39,285 nt of DNA, from the NCBI GenBank assembly GCA_046760505.1, contig JBHIEG010000017.1, positions 1 to 39,285 on the forward strand, written 5' to 3'. The translations under genes and the position numbers were made by a program. The first letter of the stretch is position 1; each line of letters starts with the position of its first letter. Positions 35,981 through 39,285 of this stretch are shown here, piece by piece. Origin of the DNA: Candidatus Hydrothermarchaeota archaeon (GTDB lineage: Archaea > CAYFZR01). The notes under the pieces were generated by a model, which worked only from the letters and a program-made list of their open reading frames with translations, did not search any database and was not told the DNA's origin.

Positions 35981-36832
35981 ATGCGAAACAGTTTTGATAG
36001 GAAGGAGGTACAAGAACTTTACGCAAGGATGGCTCCATTCTATAACGGAAAAGACTCCTTTCATGAGAATTTATTTTATGAAAAGGTGGAAAGTATAATC
36101 AAAGAAATCGACATGGGTGATTTTATATTAGACATAGGATGCGGAACCGGCTTTCCATCTCAATTACTCCTATCAATGGGAAAGAAAGTTATTGGAATAG
36201 ACATTTCCCCGGAATTAATATTTAAAGCGCCAAAAAACATGGATTATATACTTTCAGATGCTCAGTACCTTCCCTTTAAAGATGAATCCTTTGATTCCGT
36301 TGTATCAATAGGAGGAGTCTTAAACCACATGCCCAATTACGATCTCGCGTTTAAAGAGATAAACCGAGTATTGAAGAAAGATGGTATTTTCGTTTTTGAT
36401 GTTGAAAATAAATGGAATTTAGAATTATTATGGAGACTAATAGGTTTTTACGGAATATCACTCGCAAAAGAAGCATTTCTATCCTTAAAACCGGGTCCGA
36501 GCATAATGACATGGCAAGATTTTTCTTATAATGTAAATCATGATAAGATAAATGCGAATAAAGTAAAGAAATTTGATAAATTTGATGGAATAAAGATAAA
36601 GCAGTATTACTTTACTTATAATTCGATGCTTAAATCTTTAAAGGAAAATGGTTTTACCTTGATCAAAAAATATGGTATAAATATATTGACTCCCTTAATA
36701 CCTCCAAATAACTATGGAAATAGAAGCATAGAGAAATTAATAGGGTTCTTGGGAAGAATAGATCATTCATTCTTGGAGAAATTTCTTTATAGATTTGGGA
36801 GCAGTATACTTTTTGTATGTAGGAAAAATTAA
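35981..36832 (+). CDS. Class I SAM-dependent methyltransferase
   Basis: ILDIGCGTG, GIDIS, DAQYLPFKDESFD, EINRVLKKDG. Confidence 0.9.
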   Translation: MRNSFDRKEVQELYARMAPFYNGKDSFHENLFYEKVESIIKEIDMGDFILDIGCGTGFPSQLLLSMGKKVIGIDISPELIFKAPKNMDYILSDAQYLPFKDESFDSVVSIGGVLNHMPNYDLAFKEINRVLKKDGIFVFDVENKWNLELLWRLIGFYGISLAKEAFLSLKPGPSIMTWQDFSYNVNHDKINANKVKKFDKFDGIKIKQYYFTYNSMLKSLKENGFTLIKKYGINILTPLIPPNNYGNRSIEKLIGFLGRIDHSFLEKFLYRFGSSILFVCRKN

Positions 36833-36862
36833 AATGTGGCTTTTCTTATATGGTGAAAATGC

Positions 36863-37873
36863 ATGGATGATAAAATAAGGTTTGTCATATCCGGAATCGC
36901 AGGAGTTTTGATTCTATCTATTTTTCTTTACTATTTAGGGATTGAAAGACTGATTGAATCCATAAAAAATGCATCATTAACCTCTATACTCATAGGTTTA
37001 TCCTTTTATCTCGTATTTTTTGTTGTGAGAAGTTTAAGATGGCAGATTATCCTAATTCCGATAAAAAACAGGACTAGTTTTCAAAATCTCTTTACCATAA
37101 CCATTCTTGGATGGTTTACGAACTCGATAATTCCAATAAGAATAGGGGAGTTGGTAAGAGCGGTTCTATTAAAAAACAGAGAAGACATCTTAATATCTGA
37201 AGGACTCTCTTCCATAGTTATTGAGAGGATATTTGATCTTGCCGGCTTAGTAGTAGTAGGTGGAGCCATGTTCTACTTTTTGCCAGACGATGCGAGCATT
37301 CCTAAAGAGTTTGCAAGTTTCATTCTTTTGGTTCTTGGATTCATCGCATTTAGTATTTTATTATTACTTCTACTGAATTATCGGTATGATGCTTTAATTT
37401 TTCCAGTTAGAAAATTTGTTTCGGTGGTTTTTTGGTTTTCTAAAGGAATTAAAGATCGCATTCTCGAAAATCTTACTTTAGCAATAAATGCGATGTTGAG
37501 TATTTGTAAGAGTAAATACATGGTGCCCATTTTCTTGCTCTCAATTATAACTTGGTTGTCACCTTGTTTTATGTATTTATACTTCTTCCGTGCCTTTAAT
37601 ATTAATTTTCACTGGAGCGTTATTTTTTTGGGCAGCGTTTTGGTTACTTTAACATTCTTGATTCCTAGTGCACCAGGCTATTTAGGAACATTTGAGGCTG
37701 CGTGGGTATTTGTTTATCTTGGTCTTGGAATTGCGGTTGAAAAGGCATTACCAGTTGGTTTAGCAGTTCATTTCACGACGTTGTTTTTCATCATAGTACT
37801 TGGATACATTGGGTTAGTTATATATGGTATAGGACGAAGAGATGTGTTTGGAATGATAAGTGAAAGAATATAA
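36863..37873 (+). CDS. UPF0104 / lysylphosphatidylglycerol-synthase TM-domain (flippase-like) membrane protein
   Basis: RSLRW, NSIIPIRIGELVR, ERIFD, PSAPGYLGTFE; multiple TMs. Confidence 0.9.
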   Translation: MDDKIRFVISGIAGVLILSIFLYYLGIERLIESIKNASLTSILIGLSFYLVFFVVRSLRWQIILIPIKNRTSFQNLFTITILGWFTNSIIPIRIGELVRAVLLKNREDILISEGLSSIVIERIFDLAGLVVVGGAMFYFLPDDASIPKEFASFILLVLGFIAFSILLLLLLNYRYDALIFPVRKFVSVVFWFSKGIKDRILENLTLAINAMLSICKSKYMVPIFLLSIITWLSPCFMYLYFFRAFNINFHWSVIFLGSVLVTLTFLIPSAPGYLGTFEAAWVFVYLGLGIAVEKALPVGLAVHFTTLFFIIVLGYIGLVIYGIGRRDVFGMISERI

Positions 37874-37902
37874 ATCAATAATTACTTGGCGGTGATGCCT
37901 TT

Positions 37903-39054
37903 TTGAAAGTATTGCTGGTTGCAAACGAGCCCTTCTATCCACCTACTGGCGGATGCTCAATTGGCACGTGGGAGATAGCAAGGCGTATTGCAGAGGAATA
38001 TGAGTTGCACGTTGTTTCTCCCCAACATTGGGATGGAGAGATACCTGCAAATATTGAAATGCACCCTTACAATCCTAAACTATTCAAGGTTCATAGAAAC
38101 ATGAGCTTTAAGACTACAAAATATTCAATTTACTCTGCATTGCTAACTAAAAAGGTCAAAGAAGTCATTTCCAAGGTGCATCCAGATTTAATTCTTTCAA
38201 GAAACGCAATCGCTTTATTATCTTGTGGGTTAGTTAAGGGACACATACCGCTTCTACTGAGTATGACAGATATTATCACAGCTTACAATCAAAGGTTCGC
38301 ACTAGTTAATCCAGTTTTAAACAGGATAGAAGTAGAGATCGTGAAAATGGCTGATGGTATAATGACCATAACAAACGCTATGGCCAAAGAATTGATTAAG
38401 AGAGGATTAAACCCCAGTAAGTTCTATCCTCCTCATTACGACGGTGTAGCAGTTGATCATTTTGATCCAGGAAAATATAATGATGTAGAAGTGAAAGATA
38501 AATATAATATTGAATCTCCCATAGTTGGCTCCATTGGATCTATTACTCGAAATCAAGGCTTAGATTTTTTGGTTGATGCCGGAAAATTTATAGATGAAGA
38601 CGTCAATTTTTTAATAGTAGGGGAGGGGGATTTTCTCCCTTTTTTAAAGAAAAAAATAGAAAAAACTGGACAGAGAAAGCGTTTTACACTTACTGGTTTC
38701 GTCCCCTTCAACGAAATTCCAAAATATCACATAGCAATTGATATAGGAGTTGCGACATATAGAGAGACCCCATCTAGTAGGGTATCTACTACAATAAGGG
38801 TGTTGGAATATTGGTCGATGGGCAAACCCGTAGTTGCTCATGACTTTCCTGGAATAAGAGAGATCTTCGACAAGTCTCTAGGGGAGTTATGTAAACCAGA
38901 GAATCCTAGGGACTTAGCGGAAAAAATAAACGTTTTGTTAGGAAGAAAAGATGATTTTAGCAAAAAATGTAGGAATTATGTAAAAGAAAAATTTACTTGG
39001 GATGCTTGTACCGAACGAATAAAAAGAGGAATTGAAGATCTTTATAATAAATAA
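37903..39054 (+). CDS. Glycosyltransferase family 4
   Basis: MKVLLV..PFYPP.GG, IVGEG, GFVP, VLEYWSMGKPVV, FTWD. GGTGA SD before TTG. Confidence 0.92.
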   Translation: MKVLLVANEPFYPPTGGCSIGTWEIARRIAEEYELHVVSPQHWDGEIPANIEMHPYNPKLFKVHRNMSFKTTKYSIYSALLTKKVKEVISKVHPDLILSRNAIALLSCGLVKGHIPLLLSMTDIITAYNQRFALVNPVLNRIEVEIVKMADGIMTITNAMAKELIKRGLNPSKFYPPHYDGVAVDHFDPGKYNDVEVKDKYNIESPIVGSIGSITRNQGLDFLVDAGKFIDEDVNFLIVGEGDFLPFLKKKIEKTGQRKRFTLTGFVPFNEIPKYHIAIDIGVATYRETPSSRVSTTIRVLEYWSMGKPVVAHDFPGIREIFDKSLGELCKPENPRDLAEKINVLLGRKDDFSKKCRNYVKEKFTWDACTERIKRGIEDLYNK

Positions 39055-39182
39055 ATAATAAATTTCACTAGATTTACTGACTAGAAATGTAATATTGTTC
39101 CCTCTTTACCTTTGAAAAAAGTCCTCTTTAATGACTCTAATTACATCTTTTTTAGCAACATTTTTATTTGGCTAGTCCATTG

Positions 39183-39285
39183 ATGAAATTTATGAAATAC
39201 GATTCTTTCTTTATTACAGGAGGAGCAGGCTTTATAGGCTCCCATATAGCTGAAGAATTAATAAAAAATGATAAAGAAGTAACAG
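39183..39285 (+). CDS. NAD-dependent epimerase/dehydratase, 5' part (truncated by the window end)
   Basis: MKFMKYDSFFITGGAGFIGSHIAEELIKNDKEVT contains the TGGAGFIG Rossmann motif; not in the ORF track. Confidence 0.88.
   Translation, partial: MKFMKYDSFFITGGAGFIGSHIAEELIKNDKEVT

Noticed and set aside
36536-36600. Low-complexity repeats (AAATTTGAT twice) in the methyltransferase
   Set aside because: Short, in frame and AT-rich; consistent with a loop insertion.

Overview
AT-rich archaeal (euryarchaeote-type) chromosomal segment, densely coding and mostly housekeeping. Translation and RNA genes: tRNA-Leu(CAG), metG, Dim2/KH, RIO1, aIF-1A, tyrS, gatD-gatE, elp3, nop5-fibrillarin. Metabolic genes: pyrG, pyrD-pyrK, glmS, argH, RFAP synthase, and a full arginine-to-polyamine gene set (pdaD, speB, speD, speE), with speE-speD-pdaD bracketed by two single-domain KaiC-like ATPases. 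A surface-glycosylation cluster starts at the right edge. The less ordinary parts are: (i) a divergent GNAT-like protein convergent with an HDAC-family protein that lacks the usual catalytic Tyr; (ii) a six-gene Flp-like pilin/prepilin-peptidase operon with no ATPase or platform gene and a hairpin over the pilin RBS; (iii) a decaying two-gene secreted-protein cassette with two frameshifts, no canonical start codon, and an in-frame TAG inside an Ig-like domain; (iv) an HTH plus apparently nuclease-dead LAGLIDADG protein overlapping argH, with a palindrome over its promoter. No CRISPR array, rRNA, transposase or integrase was seen. All calls come from manual motif recognition; no database searches were run.
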